64,000 nt of DNA from an uncultured Alphaproteobacteria bacterium (GTDB lineage Bacteria; Pseudomonadota; Alphaproteobacteria; Rhizobiales; Xanthobacteraceae), in contig CAWBTH010000034.1 in NCBI GenBank assembly GCA_963791665.1, positions 17,114 through 81,113 on the forward strand, in the 5' to 3' direction. Position numbers and translations under genes: made by a program. Of the stretch, positions 62,537 through 64,000 are shown piece after piece. The number at the start of each line of letters is the position of its first letter. Positions within the stretch are counted from its first letter, which is position 1. The notes under the pieces are model-generated. The model searched no databases. It was not told the DNA's origin and was given only the letters and a program-made list of their open reading frames with translations.

Positions 62537-63400
62537 ATGCCGATCAACTACGAACAACTGATGGCGCTGAAAAACCTCGGCCAGAAATACGCTTATGGCG
62601 ACCGCGAGGTGATGCTCTACGCCTACGGCATCGGCATGGGCAACGATCCCATGGACGAGAAGGAGCTCGCCTTCGTCAACGAAACCGCAGCCGATCCACG
62701 GCCGCTGAGGGTGGTGCCGACCTTTGCCTCCGTTGCCGCCTGGGGCGCGGGGCCGGGCGAGATGAATCTCAACCGCGTGATGGTGGTCGACGGCGAGCGC
62801 GACATCACGTTCCATAAGCCGCTCGCGACCTCGGCCAACATCATCGCCGACTCCAACGTGCTTGCGGCCTGGGACAAGGGCAAGGACAAGGGCGCGGTGA
62901 TCCGCCACCAGACCGTGCTGAAGGACGCCGCCAGTGGCGAGAAGCTCGCGACGCTGGTGGCCTCGCGTTTCGCCCGCGGCGATGGCGGCTTCGGCGGTCC
63001 GTCCGAAGGCCAGCCTGAGCCGCATGCGATGCCGAGCCGCGCGCCCGATCGTAGCGTCGACATCGTCACGCGCCCGGACCAGGCGCTGGTCTACCGCCTC
63101 TGCGGCGACCGCAATCCGCTGCACTCGGATCCCGGCTTTGCCAGGAAGGCCGGCTTTCCCAAGCCGATCCTGCATGGCATGTGCACCTACGGCATCACCT
63201 GCCGCGGCGTGTTGCAGACCTATGCCGACTACGATCCGTCCGCCTTCAGGCAGCACGCGGCGCGGTTCTCCTCGCCGGTCTATCCCGGCGACACCGTGAC
63301 CATGGAGATGTGGAAGGACGGCAACGTCATTTCGTTTGAGGCAAAAGTGAAAGCGCGCAACGTCACCGTGATCAAGAGCGGCAGGACGGTGCTGGGATGA
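62537..63400 (+). CDS. MaoC-family (double hot-dog) enoyl-CoA hydratase
   Basis: YRLCGDRNPLHSDP, PILHGMCT, PVYPGD. Confidence 0.93.
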   Translation: MPINYEQLMALKNLGQKYAYGDREVMLYAYGIGMGNDPMDEKELAFVNETAADPRPLRVVPTFASVAAWGAGPGEMNLNRVMVVDGERDITFHKPLATSANIIADSNVLAAWDKGKDKGAVIRHQTVLKDAASGEKLATLVASRFARGDGGFGGPSEGQPEPHAMPSRAPDRSVDIVTRPDQALVYRLCGDRNPLHSDPGFARKAGFPKPILHGMCTYGITCRGVLQTYADYDPSAFRQHAARFSSPVYPGDTVTMEMWKDGNVISFEAKVKARNVTVIKSGRTVLG

Positions 63401-63402
63401 TC

Positions 63403-63549
63403 TCGTGCCCCGGATGCAGCGCAGCGTTCTCACGGTGCGCTGCTGATCCGGGGCCCATCTCGCCGGGAATGGGTCCCGGCTCTGCGAAGCAGCGTACCGG
63501 ACGATGCTTCGCATCGCCGGGTTCACGCTGCATCGCGTCCGGGACACGA
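63403..63549. repeat. Palindromic element
   Basis: TCGTGCCCCGGATGCAGCG...CGCTGCATCGCGTCCGGGACACGA with inner GGGCCCAT/ATGGGTCC. Confidence 0.8.
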
Positions 63550-63579
63550 AAGAGAATAAAATAAAAAGGGAGCGAGACA

Positions 63580-64000
63580 ATGGGACTACTCGACAAGAAG
63601 GTGGCGATCATCACCGGGGCAGGCGGCGGGCTCGGTGAGGGTTACGCCAGACTGTTCGCGCGCGAGGGCGCGGCGGTCGTGGTCAACGACCTCGGCGGAC
63701 CGCGTGATGGTTCCGGCGCCGACAAGTCGATGGCGCAAAAGGTGGTCGACGCCATCAAGGCCGAGGGCGGCCGCGCGGTTGCGAACGGATCCGACATCTC
63801 CACGCTGGCGGGTGGCGAGGCCGTGTTCAACGATGCGATTTCGAATTTCGGCCGCGTCGACATTCTCGTCAACAATGCCGGCATCCTGCTCGATGAGACC
63901 TTCGCCAAGGCCAAGGAAGCGAACTGGGACAAGGTCATCAGGGTGCACCTGAAGGGAACCTTCTGCGCGACCTTGCCGGTGTTCAAATGGATGCGCGAGA
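63580..64000 (+). CDS. Short-chain dehydrogenase/reductase (truncated by window end)
   Basis: KVAIITGAGGGLG, VVVNDLG, LVNNAGI; GGGAG RBS. Confidence 0.92.
   Translation, partial: MGLLDKKVAIITGAGGGLGEGYARLFAREGAAVVVNDLGGPRDGSGADKSMAQKVVDAIKAEGGRAVANGSDISTLAGGEAVFNDAISNFGRVDILVNNAGILLDETFAKAKEANWDKVIRVHLKGTFCATLPVFKWMRE

Overview
High-GC alphaproteobacterial chromosome segment, Bradyrhizobium-like judging by gene order, protein sequences and intergenic palindromes. Bases 1-17.2 kb hold the tuf-S10-spc-alpha ribosomal protein superoperon. It carries a second, strongly diverged secY that appears to lack the plug helix and is translationally coupled between secY and adk. The rest is a mix of housekeeping and accessory genes: degQ, rarA, an RluA-family synthase, ATP12, fliK with a FlhB-C-like gene, a class D beta-lactamase, pccB, cysK, an IOR-family oxidoreductase and a thiolase/OB-fold/MaoC/SDR operon. 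Other notable items: (1) an integrase-free low-GC islet bounded by a diverged duplicate of the last 31 codons of pccB, carrying a J-domain/TM/Mrr-like gene and followed by a Fic toxin-antitoxin pair; (2) an IS701-family element inserted into a GTAG-REP; (3) a structured, sul1-like leader upstream of a Lon-N fusion gene; (4) a ~420-nt highly structured non-coding element; (5) many palindromic repeats. Numerous single-base indels in essential genes indicate an error-prone assembly, so frameshifts here should not be read as pseudogenes. I saw no rRNA, tRNA or CRISPR array. Family assignments come from motif recognition, not database searches.
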